Source of the DNA: a bacterium | GTDB taxonomy: Bacteria > Zhuqueibacterota > Zhuqueibacteria > Residuimicrobiales > Krinioviventaceae | NCBI GenBank assembly: GCA_963693055.1 | Contig: OY843751.1 | Coordinates: 3,808,001-3,872,000 of the forward strand | Reading direction: 5' to 3' | Length of the DNA stretch: 64,000 bases | In this document: positions 1 through 10,237 of the stretch, piece by piece | Numbering within the stretch: the stretch's first letter is position 1 | How the letters are laid out: the number at the start of each line of letters is the position of its first letter | The notes under the pieces: generated by a model | Seen by the model: only the letters and a program-made list of their open reading frames with translations | What the model was told of the DNA's origin: nothing | Databases searched by the model: none | Position numbers and translations under genes: made by a program

Positions 1-1269
1 GGGATCAAGAGTGATATCAAATGTATATGGTATAGCAAAACCTTTACGCTCCAGATAATATTTGTAATGCGAAATATAACCATAAGCGGCGTTCAAAGCC
101 CGTATATCAGAAAATGAGGTAAATCCCTCATCTATCCAGGGTTCTTCAAATTCGTTACTGGCAACCAGTCCATACCAGAATTGATGACCTGTTTCGTGCA
201 TAACCGTCCATTCAGGTGACATGTTGCGTTTGGATTCACTGCAAGACACTGCCACGGTAATCAATGTGGGATATTCCATACTGGCAGTCTTTGTACATGG
301 GGGTGTATCTATAATGGTAAGCTGTTTGTAGGGATATGGCGTGTACCACGTACCAAAATATGAGAGTGCGTTTTTAGCCGCATCCAGAAACCGGTCTGCG
401 AATTTTTCGTGCTCGGGCAGATACAACAGTTTAATTTCTACCGGGGGTAATCCATCGGATTCGAATTGAGCGATTTTTGTGAGGAAATTGGGGTAAGCAG
501 CAAAAGCAAAATCATGAATACAATCCTGGGTTACAGTATAAACCGTATGTTCACCAGATTGTTTTGGCTCTGACATTTCACCTGTTGCACCCACAACAAA
601 ACCATTCGGCACGGTCAATTCAACATGGTAACTGCCAAAATCCGCAAAATACTCGCTTGCCTGGTGATACTGATGACAGTTCCAACCCTGATCGGTTAAC
701 ACACCAATCTTGGGAAACCATTGCGACACCATATAGAAATCCTGTTTGTATCCGGCACGAATACCCAGATATGGGATTTTTGCAGTGAATTCAAAATCAA
801 ATTGTACTTTTTGCCCTTTCTGAACCGGTTCAGGTAGAGTTAAAATAAAAACCGTCATATCGGCTTTATTATCATCATCCGGTTGTACAAATTGCAATGT
901 AGGTAGTAAATCAGTCTTAAAGTAAAGATCGCTGCTGGTAGCAGATACAGCGCTAATATCAAGCGTGCCCCAGCCATTGTCAGGCCAATTGCTGTTAAAC
1001 ATTGAAAAAGGTCTGGGATCAGCATTGGCTTCACTGATAAATGTGCTGGAAGAATTTCGGAAAGCATTCAAATACGCGTGAAAATAGACCTCATGTACTG
1101 CATTATCAGACGTATTGGTCCATTCCAGTTGCATTTTACCGGTAACTGCGTTTTCGTCCGGCATGAGTTGTGCGGAAATATTGTAACGGACAATCTGTTC
1201 ACAAGGAACTTGTGGAAACACGGGAATTGTGAAAATCAAAAGTGCGACTAGAACCAGTAATCGTTTCAT
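1..1269 (-). CDS. M1 family zinc aminopeptidase, secreted (3' end runs off the window)
   Basis: Not in the ORF track; translated manually. ATG at 1269 with GGAG RBS, signal peptide MKRLLVLVALLIFTIPVFP, TASMEYPTLI (GAMEN-like) and MHETGHQFWYGLVASNEFEEPWIDEGFTSF (HExxH-x18-E). Confidence 0.9.
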   Translation of the reverse strand, partial: MKRLLVLVALLIFTIPVFPQVPCEQIVRYNISAQLMPDENAVTGKMQLEWTNTSDNAVHEVYFHAYLNAFRNSSSTFISEANADPRPFSMFNSNWPDNGWGTLDISAVSATSSDLYFKTDLLPTLQFVQPDDDNKADMTVFILTLPEPVQKGQKVQFDFEFTAKIPYLGIRAGYKQDFYMVSQWFPKIGVLTDQGWNCHQYHQASEYFADFGSYHVELTVPNGFVVGATGEMSEPKQSGEHTVYTVTQDCIHDFAFAAYPNFLTKIAQFESDGLPPVEIKLLYLPEHEKFADRFLDAAKNALSYFGTWYTPYPYKQLTIIDTPPCTKTASMEYPTLITVAVSCSESKRNMSPEWTVMHETGHQFWYGLVASNEFEEPWIDEGFTSFSDIRALNAAYGYISHYKYYLERKGFAIPYTFDITLDP

Positions 1270-1304
1270 GCTTCGCTCCAATTCAATTTTGGGTCCCATC
1301 CGAA

Positions 1305-2132
1305 TTAACGTTTTACAATTTTATATTCAATTTTGTATTGATCAATATATTTATGGGCGTATTGCATTGCTGTTTCACGGTCCTGGAAACGACCGATCCA
1401 AACAGCATAAAAAGTACGGTCTCGTACCTGTTTTTCACGAATTTCAACATAGTGGTCAGGTTGAAATTTCTCCTTAACCTTCACTGCGTTATCCTGAACG
1501 CTAAAAGCACCAATCTGAATAGAGTAATGATATACTTCCTGAGCTTGGGGAACAGGTTTGGGTTTGGGTTTGGGTTTAGGTTGTGCCGGTTTTTTATTTT
1601 TCTCCAATTCTTTCCACAGTTCAGGATTTTCCAAATCCATTACCGCCAAATTCACAAATGGAGAAGATTCGGCATTTTTAACAAAAGCCTGTAAAAACAT
1701 GTATGAAGAATCAATTTTGCCTTCGCCATAATAACACTGACAAAACAGATATTGAACACGATCAATGATACCAGATTGGGGATATTGCCGTATAAACTGT
1801 TGAAAGACTTGACGTGCAGTACTAAAATCACCTGTGGAATAATAATATTGGCCAATACGGAATAGAGATTCATCGGCAAATTGTGAATCCGGGAATTGTT
1901 TATGGACCTGCTCAAAACTATCGAGTGCGTTTAGGGCGTCTTGCTCAAATACGCCTTTAAAAAATAAAACAACAGGATGATTGGGGTAATCCCCTTCAAG
2001 ATCGGGAAGTAACACCTCAAGTTCATCCAATTGATCGTTATAAAACAATACCTGAGCGTTCTTGATAGCAGTTTGTCCCATCCCCAAAGATATTATACAA
2101 ATCAACAACAAGAGTATATTACGGATATGCAA
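1305..2132 (-). CDS. Periplasmic TPR (CpoB/BamD-like) + C-terminal SPOR domain protein
   Basis: Signal peptide, TPR motifs (QFPDSQFADESLFRIGQYYY), Pro/Lys linker, SPOR signature YSIQIGAFS...YAVWIGRF. Confidence 0.8.
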   Translation of the reverse strand: MHIRNILLLLICIISLGMGQTAIKNAQVLFYNDQLDELEVLLPDLEGDYPNHPVVLFFKGVFEQDALNALDSFEQVHKQFPDSQFADESLFRIGQYYYSTGDFSTARQVFQQFIRQYPQSGIIDRVQYLFCQCYYGEGKIDSSYMFLQAFVKNAESSPFVNLAVMDLENPELWKELEKNKKPAQPKPKPKPKPVPQAQEVYHYSIQIGAFSVQDNAVKVKEKFQPDHYVEIREKQVRDRTFYAVWIGRFQDRETAMQYAHKYIDQYKIEYKIVKR

Positions 2133-3282
2133 TTTTCACCCTTTTCGCTGAATTCCATGCCCTGCACTCAGGACAGTGCCAAAAATAATCATTTGACTGA
2201 TAGTTACATTCTGCACAAACAAAATTATGATGATCAGCAACAATTTCCTGAGCAAGCTTTTCTGCCAGGTTTGCGGCTTGGTCTTTCATACCCAGTTTGC
2301 TGCGCAAACGAATAAGCATAATTTTGAGCTCAAGACGAGAATCGTCTTTTTCCATCGCTTTTTTACAGACATCAATTGCCTGCAACAGCTCTCCTTTTTT
2401 CTCCAGCAGATCAGACAATCCAATATAAGCTTCAATCACATCAGGATTGGTTTTCATCAAATCCACATAAAGCCTTTCAATCTCGCTAAACTGCCCCATA
2501 TCAAACAAAACATGTTTTAATCTTGAAAAGGCAAGGTATGCCTGCTCGGGTGCGCGTTGTATCAATTGTTTTAGTGCAGCAAGTGCATCTTTTAACCGAT
2601 CTTCGCGTATATAACTGTCTGCCAGCTCCTGATAACCTCCGGCACAGGCTTTATCAAGCTTGATGGCTTCTCTAAAACAAAGTCTGGCTTCATGTTCTTT
2701 TTTCAGCGCAGCAAGTGATAACCCTTCTTCAACCTTGTAACATGCAAGAATTCTGTTTTTGTTATCCTTTGAATTCTTGTCGCTTTTCTTAAACAGTGCA
2801 AAAGCGTTTCGCCAGTCACCCATTTCTTCATAAACGGATAACAGCATATCTTTTGTCCATTGCGAATTTTTATTCATACTCAGCACCTGCTCGCAGGCAT
2901 CAACTGCCTGTGAATAGCTACCGAGTTGTTGATAATCAAGTGCCAGGGATTTGTAAATAGCAATACGCTTATGGTCTGACAATTCTTCACGCACCAGCAA
3001 ATCACGATGGACTTTGACAGCCTGGTCTGCATGGCCCTGTACTCTGAGTATATCTCCAATCTTGATATATGCATCAATTAAATCTGTATTTAATCTGACC
3101 GTTTTTCTGAGATGCTCAAGGGCTTTATCATTCTCGCCATTGATCATGTGATTCAGACCGGCAATATACTCCAAATGTGCCTGGTTCAATGGAGACATTT
3201 TGCGTTTGATCTTGATGATAATAAAACCTAACGCCAGAATAAATACAATTAGTGACAATGCAACAATATGGATTACCTCCAT
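2119..3282 (-). CDS. lapB: Lipopolysaccharide assembly protein B-like (TM + TPR + rubredoxin)
   Basis: N-terminal TM, TPR array, C-terminal CAEC...WHCPECRAWNS rubredoxin motif; directly follows lapA-like gene. Confidence 0.8.
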   Translation of the reverse strand: MEVIHIVALSLIVFILALGFIIIKIKRKMSPLNQAHLEYIAGLNHMINGENDKALEHLRKTVRLNTDLIDAYIKIGDILRVQGHADQAVKVHRDLLVREELSDHKRIAIYKSLALDYQQLGSYSQAVDACEQVLSMNKNSQWTKDMLLSVYEEMGDWRNAFALFKKSDKNSKDNKNRILACYKVEEGLSLAALKKEHEARLCFREAIKLDKACAGGYQELADSYIREDRLKDALAALKQLIQRAPEQAYLAFSRLKHVLFDMGQFSEIERLYVDLMKTNPDVIEAYIGLSDLLEKKGELLQAIDVCKKAMEKDDSRLELKIMLIRLRSKLGMKDQAANLAEKLAQEIVADHHNFVCAECNYQSNDYFWHCPECRAWNSAKRVKIAYP

Positions 3283-3286
3283 AAAA

Positions 3287-3655
3287 CTACTCCTTGCTGT
3301 TGCTGGTTGAATTACCGGTTGTTATTGCTTTGGGGGCTTCTTTGATTACTGCCTCTTCAACGGATACATTTCGCAGCCTGTTCAACTCATCTTTGAGTTT
3401 TTTCAATTCTTTTTTCACTTTACGGTTCTCATTCCGCATACCCAGCATTTGTATTATTGATATAACAACCCAGAACAACAAACCGGCCACAAAAGAAACA
3501 TACATGATCACCCAAAGCGGTAAATCTGTAGAGGTCTGCCATTTCAGGAATTTAACCGGAACAGATACATCTGTGTTTTGCATTGCAAAGCCAATAACAA
3601 AAATAACCATAATGGCTCCAACAATCCAGCGAATTACCCACATATTTGCCTCCAA
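3287..3655 (-). CDS. lapA: LapA family membrane protein
   Basis: Two TMs with FAMQN...LPLWVI motif and C-terminal coiled coil; upstream of lapB. Confidence 0.8.
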   Translation of the reverse strand: MEANMWVIRWIVGAIMVIFVIGFAMQNTDVSVPVKFLKWQTSTDLPLWVIMYVSFVAGLLFWVVISIIQMLGMRNENRKVKKELKKLKDELNRLRNVSVEEAVIKEAPKAITTGNSTSNSKE

Positions 3656-3717
3656 TAATTAACCTTATAAAAGGTATAATAATCGAATGATAAATCAAAA
3701 TTTTTTTTTGGTTCCAT

Positions 3718-3752
3718 AAAAAAAAGAGCCGGACAAACACTTGCCCGGCTCT
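3718..3752 (-). terminator. Intrinsic terminator after rpsA
   Basis: Minus strand AGAGCCGGGCAA-GTGT-TTGTCCGGCTCT followed by a T run. Confidence 0.8.
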
Positions 3753-3775
3753 GTATAATAATTCCGTAATACGGA

Positions 3776-5725
3776 TTATTCTTCTGTTTTTTCCTCAGCG
3801 GTTGCGTTTGCTTCAGGTTTTTCAGCTTTTGCTTCTGCTGTGGGTGCCGGTGCCGGTTTGGCTTCCGGTTTTGCTTTTTTTGGTTTTCTTCCACCATCCT
3901 GCATGGAAAGTTCGTTATCCATTTCTTCAGTATCAACTTTTTGAGAAAAATCGATGTCAGATTTTTCTGACAAGACGATTTTCTTGTTCTCTTTGTTGAA
4001 TTCGATAACGGTCAATTCCAAATCATCATCAATCTGGTAACCATCAGCAGGTTTGCTAATGTTTTCTTTAGCCAGTTGAGACATGGGTACAAAACCATCA
4101 ACACCTTGCGGCAATTCTGCCAACAAGCCTTTTTCAATCAAACGTACAACTTTACCAGGGATCTTTGTTCCTACTTTGTAGGTATTTTCAAATACATCCC
4201 AGGGATTGTCTTGGGTTTGTTTGAAACCGAGAGAGATACGACGGTTGTCTTTATCTACATTCAATACAACAACTTCGATCTCGTCTCCTTTTTTCACAAC
4301 TTCTCCCGGGTGGCGGATCTTTTTCGTCCAGGACAAGTCAGAAATGTGTATCAATCCGTCAATACCTTCTTCCAGTTCAACAAACGCACCAAAGTTGGTC
4401 AGGTTGCGAACTTTGCCGGTATGACGTGTGCCAACAGGATAACGTTCTGACAATGATTCCCATGGATCCGGTTCCAATTGTTTCAGACCCAGAGAGATCT
4501 TGCGGTCGTCTTTTTGGATACTCAGTACTTTGGCTTCAACCATTTCACCTACAGCAAGTATCTTTGACGGATGCTTGATGTGTTGTGTCCATGACATTTC
4601 GGAAATATGGATCAGACCTTCAACACCTTTTTCCAGTTCAACAAAGGCACCGTAATCGGAAATGCTGACAACTTTACCACGGACAACAGTGTCAACCGGG
4701 TATTTTTTCTCAACATCTTCCCATGGATGCGCTTGCAGTTGTTTCAATCCAAGAGAGATTCTGTCTTTATCATCATTAAAGTCGAGAATCACAACATTGA
4801 TTTTTTCATCAAGGGCAACAACTTCAGATGGGTGAGATACACGGCCCCATGACAAGTCGTTGATGTGAAGCAATCCGTCCACACCGCCCAAATCTATAAA
4901 TACACCAAAGTCGGTTATATTTTTAACAGTGCCTTCAAGCACCTGTCCACGTTCAAGTTCTTGCAGGATCTTTTCACGTTGTCCCTTCATTTCCTGTTCT
5001 ACCAGTACTCTGTGAGATACAACAATGTTTTTACGCGCATGGTTAACTTTGACAATTTTGAAATCCATCATACTGTCAATCAGTGAGTCAAAATCGCGAA
5101 TTGGGCGTACATCAATCTGAGAACCAGGCAAGAACGCATCCACACCACCAAGGTCAACAACAATACCACCTTTGATTCGGCGAACACATCTACCTTGCAG
5201 AATATCTCCGCGTTCATAAGATTCAATAACTTTTTCCCAAATGCGCATAAAGTCGGCTTTCTTTTTAGAAAGTACAAGATAGCCGTCGACATCTTCAATT
5301 TCATCAATAAAGACCTCGATATTGTCACCAACAACGATATCGTTGGGGTCCAGGAACTCTTCAACCAGAATAGTTCCTTCTGATTTAAAACCGATGTCAA
5401 TAGAAACTTCCTTGTCATTTACAGCAAGAACTTTACCGAAAACAACCTGGCCGGGTTTAAAGTCTACAAGTGTACCTTCATAGAGTTTTTCAAGATCTTT
5501 AAACTCTTGTTCAGTGTACTCTTGTTCCAGTCTATCCAGTTCTTCCAGGGTTGCTACAGCTGGTTTTGCTGCAGGCTCTGAAGCTTCCTTCACGGGTTCA
5601 GGTGCAGTTGCAGGTGCTTCAACTGTAGCCTGTTCCTCATTGGCCTTGGGTGTTGCTTGTTCACTTGATTCAACGCTATTATTAGCATCTTCTTCAAGTG
5701 GGTTAGGGTTTGTTTGTTCGTTCAT
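3776..5725 (-). CDS. rpsA: 30S ribosomal protein S1
   Basis: Six S1 repeats (FGVFIDLGGVDGLLHINDLSW, YGAFVELEKGVEGLIHISEMSW); follows cmk-ispH. Confidence 0.98.
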   Translation of the reverse strand: MNEQTNPNPLEEDANNSVESSEQATPKANEEQATVEAPATAPEPVKEASEPAAKPAVATLEELDRLEQEYTEQEFKDLEKLYEGTLVDFKPGQVVFGKVLAVNDKEVSIDIGFKSEGTILVEEFLDPNDIVVGDNIEVFIDEIEDVDGYLVLSKKKADFMRIWEKVIESYERGDILQGRCVRRIKGGIVVDLGGVDAFLPGSQIDVRPIRDFDSLIDSMMDFKIVKVNHARKNIVVSHRVLVEQEMKGQREKILQELERGQVLEGTVKNITDFGVFIDLGGVDGLLHINDLSWGRVSHPSEVVALDEKINVVILDFNDDKDRISLGLKQLQAHPWEDVEKKYPVDTVVRGKVVSISDYGAFVELEKGVEGLIHISEMSWTQHIKHPSKILAVGEMVEAKVLSIQKDDRKISLGLKQLEPDPWESLSERYPVGTRHTGKVRNLTNFGAFVELEEGIDGLIHISDLSWTKKIRHPGEVVKKGDEIEVVVLNVDKDNRRISLGFKQTQDNPWDVFENTYKVGTKIPGKVVRLIEKGLLAELPQGVDGFVPMSQLAKENISKPADGYQIDDDLELTVIEFNKENKKIVLSEKSDIDFSQKVDTEEMDNELSMQDGGRKPKKAKPEAKPAPAPTAEAKAEKPEANATAEEKTEE

Positions 5726-5751
5726 AATTAGATGAAACCTCCTTATTTATT

Positions 5752-6621
5752 TTATAACCCCTTTTCAGGGAGTTTTTCTAAAGCATGGGCAACTTTTTCA
5801 AGCTGCCAAACCGGTGTAGAGGCGCTGCCTGTTACACCAATTGTATCCGAATCTTTGAACCAGCTATTCTCAAGATCATCCGGCCCTTCAATACGATAGC
5901 TATTCGGATTATTTTTTTTGATCAGGTCAAATAAAATGCCGGTATTTGAACTCTGTTTGCCACCAACCATCAAACAAACATCAACAGATTTTGCAAACGA
6001 TTGCAAACGTTCATTTTTACGCTTGATATGTTTACATGTTGTGTCTTTGACCTTGATCTTTTTTACTAACAATTCCAAACGGTCTTGAATTTCCAAAAAC
6101 TTTTCAGGATCAAAGGTGGTCTGGGAAACCAGCAGGGTCTTTTTATCGGGATCGACTTTATCAAGGTCATCAATATTCCCAACAACAATGCCATTATCAT
6201 CACAATAGCCCATAATACCTTTCACTTCAGCATGACCATCTTTACCGGTAATCACAATCTGATAATTAAGTTTAAAATGGTCTTGAACCACCCGATGAAC
6301 ACGTTTTACAATTCCACATGTGCCATCAATCAGATCGACTTTGGCATCTCGCAGCAAGTTTTCGACACGAGGTGAAACACCATGACTGCGAATAAAAACC
6401 GTATTATTGAAAAAAGATTCGGGTATATTGCCAGCTTCTACAGTCTCTTGGGCTTCTACTATCAAGCCTTTATCACTTAATCTGATCAGTTCACGGTCAT
6501 TGTGAATGACAGGGCCTAGAGAAATCAAAGTGTTTTTTTGTTCAAGTGTTTCTTCTACTGTCTTTAATGCCCGGGTAACTCCGGGACAAGGTCCGGCATG
6601 ATTGTCAATGATCACTTTCAC
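5752..6621 (-). CDS. ispH: 4-hydroxy-3-methylbut-2-enyl diphosphate reductase
   Basis: Three Fe-S cysteines (GPCPGV, GTCGIV, DTTC), IHN, RSHG, HAEV, SQTT, SSN, GSASTP motifs. Confidence 0.95.
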   Translation of the reverse strand: MKVIIDNHAGPCPGVTRALKTVEETLEQKNTLISLGPVIHNDRELIRLSDKGLIVEAQETVEAGNIPESFFNNTVFIRSHGVSPRVENLLRDAKVDLIDGTCGIVKRVHRVVQDHFKLNYQIVITGKDGHAEVKGIMGYCDDNGIVVGNIDDLDKVDPDKKTLLVSQTTFDPEKFLEIQDRLELLVKKIKVKDTTCKHIKRKNERLQSFAKSVDVCLMVGGKQSSNTGILFDLIKKNNPNSYRIEGPDDLENSWFKDSDTIGVTGSASTPVWQLEKVAHALEKLPEKGL

Positions 6622-7298
6622 GCGGCAGCACCCAGCAAATGGGCTTGCTGCACTACAAAATCTACCTGTTCTTCTATGGTCATGGATGATGTATCGAGCT
6701 CAATGGCATCATCTGCTTTTGTCAACGGGTTAGCTTCGCGCTGGGTGTCTTGCTCATCGCGCTTGCGGATATCGTCCTGAATTTCCTGCATATCCACTTG
6801 CATACCCTTTTTCTGATATTCTTCATAACGGCGCCTGGCCCTTTCTTCAAGACCTGCAACCATAAAAATTTTCAAATCCGCTTGCGGAAAAACCTTGGTA
6901 CCAATATCACGTCCTTCAGCAACAATACCACCTTTTAGGGCCCATTGGCGCTGTTTTTCGATCAAAATTTCTCTGACCTTTGGGTTGGCAGCAATCGGTG
7001 CTACCGCATTGGTTACTTGCGGAGTGCGAATAGCCGCAGTTACATTCTCTTTGCCCAAAAAGACGTTTAGTTCATCCTGAATCCACTCAAAACCAATCAC
7101 TGTATGTCTGGCAATGTCTGCAACTTTATCCGCATCATATATATCTAAACCCTGATTCAATGCGTTCAGGGTAACCGTTCTATACATTGCACCGGAATCT
7201 AAATGGATATAATTCAACCGGCGCGCAACTTCTTTGGCTGTTGTGCTTTTGCCTGACCCTGCCGGGCCGTCTATGGCAATGATCAGATCATTTTTCAA
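6618..7298 (-). CDS. cmk: Cytidylate kinase
   Basis: IAIDGPAGSGKST P-loop, LDSGAMYR, EGRDIGT. Confidence 0.97.
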   Translation of the reverse strand: MKNDLIIAIDGPAGSGKSTTAKEVARRLNYIHLDSGAMYRTVTLNALNQGLDIYDADKVADIARHTVIGFEWIQDELNVFLGKENVTAAIRTPQVTNAVAPIAANPKVREILIEKQRQWALKGGIVAEGRDIGTKVFPQADLKIFMVAGLEERARRRYEEYQKKGMQVDMQEIQDDIRKRDEQDTQREANPLTKADDAIELDTSSMTIEEQVDFVVQQAHLLGAAA

Positions 7299-8031
7299 AG
7301 AATTTTCCAGATTTGTTTCTTTTTATCAAACCAGCGGCCATTTTTATTTGACGTACTTGATTGGAATTTAAAAAACGCCATTTGCCGCGATCCAGATTTT
7401 CAAGTGTTAACGGTCCATACTGCACACGTTTCAAAGTCACCACATCGTACCCCAAAGCCAGGAACATACGACGGACCTGATTTTTTCGACCTTCTTTCAG
7501 CTTGACTTCTACTCTGTCAGAACTGTTTGTATAAAATGAAGCCCGACATGGAGAGGTCATGCCATCATCCAACTCTATTCCCGATCTCAGGGCATCCAAT
7601 CCCCTGGGATCAAAATCTCTGTCCAATTTTACCCGATAAGTCTTGGTAACTTTGAAGCCGGGGTGCATTAACCTGTGCGCAAGCTCGCCATCATTGGTAA
7701 AGAGCAACAGGCCTTCGCTTTTAATATCCAAACGGCCAATGGGGAACACCCGTTCCCGAATATTAAACAATTCAAACACGGTCTTACGGCCGCGTTCATC
7801 ACTGGCTGTGGTAACAAACCCTTTGGGTTTGTGCAGCATTATATAAACTTTTTTAGTAACTGGTTTTACAGATTTACCGTCAACCGTTACCATGTCTTTT
7901 TCACCAACCTGAATGCCAAGCTCAGATACAACATTGCCGTTTATCTTCACCCGACCTTCCTGTACCAGAGTTTCTGAAGCACGCCGCGAGGCCACACCAC
8001 AACTGGCAAGATATTTATTTAGACGCATCAT
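7288..8031 (-). CDS. rluB: rRNA pseudouridine synthase (RluB/RsuA family)
   Basis: S4 domain MRLNKYLASCGVASRR, catalytic GRLD, EGRKNQVRRM; follows scpB. Confidence 0.9.
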   Translation of the reverse strand: MMRLNKYLASCGVASRRASETLVQEGRVKINGNVVSELGIQVGEKDMVTVDGKSVKPVTKKVYIMLHKPKGFVTTASDERGRKTVFELFNIRERVFPIGRLDIKSEGLLLFTNDGELAHRLMHPGFKVTKTYRVKLDRDFDPRGLDALRSGIELDDGMTSPCRASFYTNSSDRVEVKLKEGRKNQVRRMFLALGYDVVTLKRVQYGPLTLENLDRGKWRFLNSNQVRQIKMAAGLIKRNKSGKFFEK

Positions 8032-8830
8032 CAGATTCTACAGATTGCTCCACTGTATTTTTATTTTCTATCGGTTCAGAACCATTGACATCTTTACCAT
8101 TATCGGCCCCTTCATTTTGCTCCTGTTGGGGAGCAGAATCATCTGCGGGCTTTTCAGTATTTTCTACAGATGCATCAGCGGCCGATTCAGAAGATACATC
8201 TTTATTCTGCTCATTTTCATTTTTACTATTTTCAGCATTCTCTTCCTGCGCTTCTTCTTCAAACACTTCTTCGGGCAGGTCATTGAGCAGCTTGCCACCT
8301 TCACCTTCAGCTAGCAATTCTTCAATTTCTTTAGGACGCGGCAGATCAGCAATATCATTTAAATTAAAATACTGCAAAAACTCTTTAGTTGTTGAAAACA
8401 ACAAAGCACGGCCTTGTTCCTTGTCCCGGCCGGTGATGGTTATCAACTGACGTTCCAGTAAATTTTTAATAACACCATCAGAGTTTACACCACGAATAGC
8501 AGATACTTCGATACGGCTAATGGGTTGTTTAAACGCAATAATAGATAATGTTTCAAGCGAAGCCCGACTTAGACGATTACGTGCTTTGCTTTCATGCATG
8601 TGACTAATCCACTTGGAAAACTCGGGCTTTGTTGCAAATTGATAACCACCACCTACTTTATTTAAAAAGAAAGCACGATTATCGAGATCCTCTTCAAGCA
8701 AAGCAATTGCCTGCTCTATCTCTTCCTTGTCTGCTTCTTGAACAATAGTGGAAATCTGTCGCACAGACAATGGAGAGTCCGAAGCAAAGATCAGTGACTC
8801 TACAATATATACGAGTTGTTTAATATCCAT
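8015..8830 (-). CDS. scpB: SMC-Scp complex subunit ScpB
   Basis: LSRASLETLSIIAFKQPISRIEVSAIRGV, TTKEFLQYFNL; acidic C-terminal tail. Confidence 0.95.
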   Translation of the reverse strand: MDIKQLVYIVESLIFASDSPLSVRQISTIVQEADKEEIEQAIALLEEDLDNRAFFLNKVGGGYQFATKPEFSKWISHMHESKARNRLSRASLETLSIIAFKQPISRIEVSAIRGVNSDGVIKNLLERQLITITGRDKEQGRALLFSTTKEFLQYFNLNDIADLPRPKEIEELLAEGEGGKLLNDLPEEVFEEEAQEENAENSKNENEQNKDVSSESAADASVENTEKPADDSAPQQEQNEGADNGKDVNGSEPIENKNTVEQSVESDDASK

Positions 8831-9560
8831 TTATCAATTTCAAATTTATTTCACCAAATGTTTCCGATTGAATTGCGTCTATAACATTTTTCTTGATCAA
8901 AACAAGAATCGCCATAAAAGTAACGATCAATACCAGCTTATCATCAGTAGGATCAAAAAGATCAGAGAACTGTGATTCGCCATGGGTTTCTAAAAACGAG
9001 GTTACAAAATCTAATTTTTCATCCAGGCTCACATTGATCTCAACTACCCGGTGTATTGCAACCTTTTTATTTTTTTCTATAATGGTTTTAAATGCGGATA
9101 CCAGATCAAACAAAGATACATCGGGATGTTCAACCAGCTCATCCTGAAAACCATCAGATTCAATTTTAAAACTGCCACGAGAAAACAGTTTTCTGGCATA
9201 TTCTTCTTTATCAGCCAGATCAACCGCAACATCTTTGAAACGTTTGTACTCGAGCAGCCGGTAAACCAACTCCTGCCGCGGATCATCAACAATCTCTTCT
9301 TCCAGTTCAATGGAAGGCTTGGGCAGCAACATTTGTGCTTTAATCTGGATTAATGTAGATGCAAGCAGCACAAAATCACTGGCCGCTTCCAAATCAAGCA
9401 TTTGTATAATTTCTAAATATTCCAAATATTGATGTGTAATGATAGATATTGGAATATCATATATATCGAGCTCATTTTTTTTTATCAGAAACAGTAAAAG
9501 GTCTAATGGTCCTTCAAATGTATCTAATTTCACTTTATAAGACATAGAGTGCCAAATCAA
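8820..9560 (-). CDS. scpA: Segregation/condensation protein A (start probably MSYKV at 9545)
   Basis: FEGPLDLLLFLI, IKAQMLLP, DPRQELVYRLLEYKRFK. Confidence 0.95.
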   Translation of the reverse strand: MIWHSMSYKVKLDTFEGPLDLLLFLIKKNELDIYDIPISIITHQYLEYLEIIQMLDLEAASDFVLLASTLIQIKAQMLLPKPSIELEEEIVDDPRQELVYRLLEYKRFKDVAVDLADKEEYARKLFSRGSFKIESDGFQDELVEHPDVSLFDLVSAFKTIIEKNKKVAIHRVVEINVSLDEKLDFVTSFLETHGESQFSDLFDPTDDKLVLIVTFMAILVLIKKNVIDAIQSETFGEINLKLINGY

Positions 9561-9569
9561 TTAACTAAA

Positions 9570-9596
9570 CACAACAAAGGCCGTAAACATACGGCC
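9570..9596 (-). terminator. Possible weak terminator hairpin between HNH gene and scpA
   Basis: GGCCGTA-N4-TACGGCC inverted repeat followed by TTTGTTGTG on the minus strand. Confidence 0.45.
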
Positions 9597-9624
9597 AAAT
9601 TTCTCTACAATAAAAGCATATCTG

Positions 9625-10137
9625 TTAATTCATAAACAGATACGGCTTCCAGCACTCTTCCTGTATTCCTATAAAGTGCTGTATAAAAAACAAATAACTG
9701 GGACGTTTTGGTTTTTTGAGCAAAACCATATTGGCATGAGCCAACGGTGTGCTGCCTTTTTTATTATTACATTGCAAGCAGGCACATACCAGGTTTTCCC
9801 AGGAATCCATACCACCACTGACTTTGGGAACAATATGGTCTAGAGTAAAGGGCCCCTTTTTCGATGCGCAATATTGACATTGAAATCCATCACGACGAAA
9901 AATATTGTGACGCGTGAGTTCAACACGTTTTTTAGGGATTCGGATATAATTTACAAGCCGAATCACACTGGGCATTGGCCAAGAGTGGTATTGCGACCTT
10001 ACCAAAAGCTCTCGTTTTTCAATGATCTCAACTTTTTGCAGGCATACCAATATTAAAGCCTTTTTGGCATTAACTACACAAACAGGCTCATAATTCTGAT
10101 TCAACAAAAGAACTTTTTTGCTCATTGTTTCCATCAT
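9625..10137 (-). CDS. HNH endonuclease (McrA-like small family)
   Basis: VLLLNQNYEP N-terminus, RDGFQCQYC...TLDHIVP...WENLVCACLQCNNKKG. Confidence 0.92.
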   Translation of the reverse strand: MMETMSKKVLLLNQNYEPVCVVNAKKALILVCLQKVEIIEKRELLVRSQYHSWPMPSVIRLVNYIRIPKKRVELTRHNIFRRDGFQCQYCASKKGPFTLDHIVPKVSGGMDSWENLVCACLQCNNKKGSTPLAHANMVLLKKPKRPSYLFFIQHFIGIQEECWKPYLFMN

Positions 10138-10166
10138 CTGCCTTATAGCAAAAAGCCATAAACGAA

Positions 10167-10195
10167 AATTTATGATAAATAATCTAAAGAGTCAA
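10167..10195 (-). promoter_or_regulatory. Putative sigma70 promoter for HNH-scpA-scpB operon
   Basis: Minus strand TTGACT-N17-TAAATT upstream of 10137. Confidence 0.5.
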
Positions 10196-10237
10196 GACAA
10201 TTTATTAAAACATGGGTAATAAAGGTATGATTGCAGA

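Noticed and set aside
1552-1584. GGTTTG hexamer run as a contingency repeat
   Set aside because: Encodes an in-frame PKPKPKP linker of the SPOR protein; short and imperfect.
9625-10137. HNH gene as a mobile or defence element
   Set aside because: Belongs to a common small HNH family, sits within a housekeeping run and has no flanking repeats or evident compositional shift.
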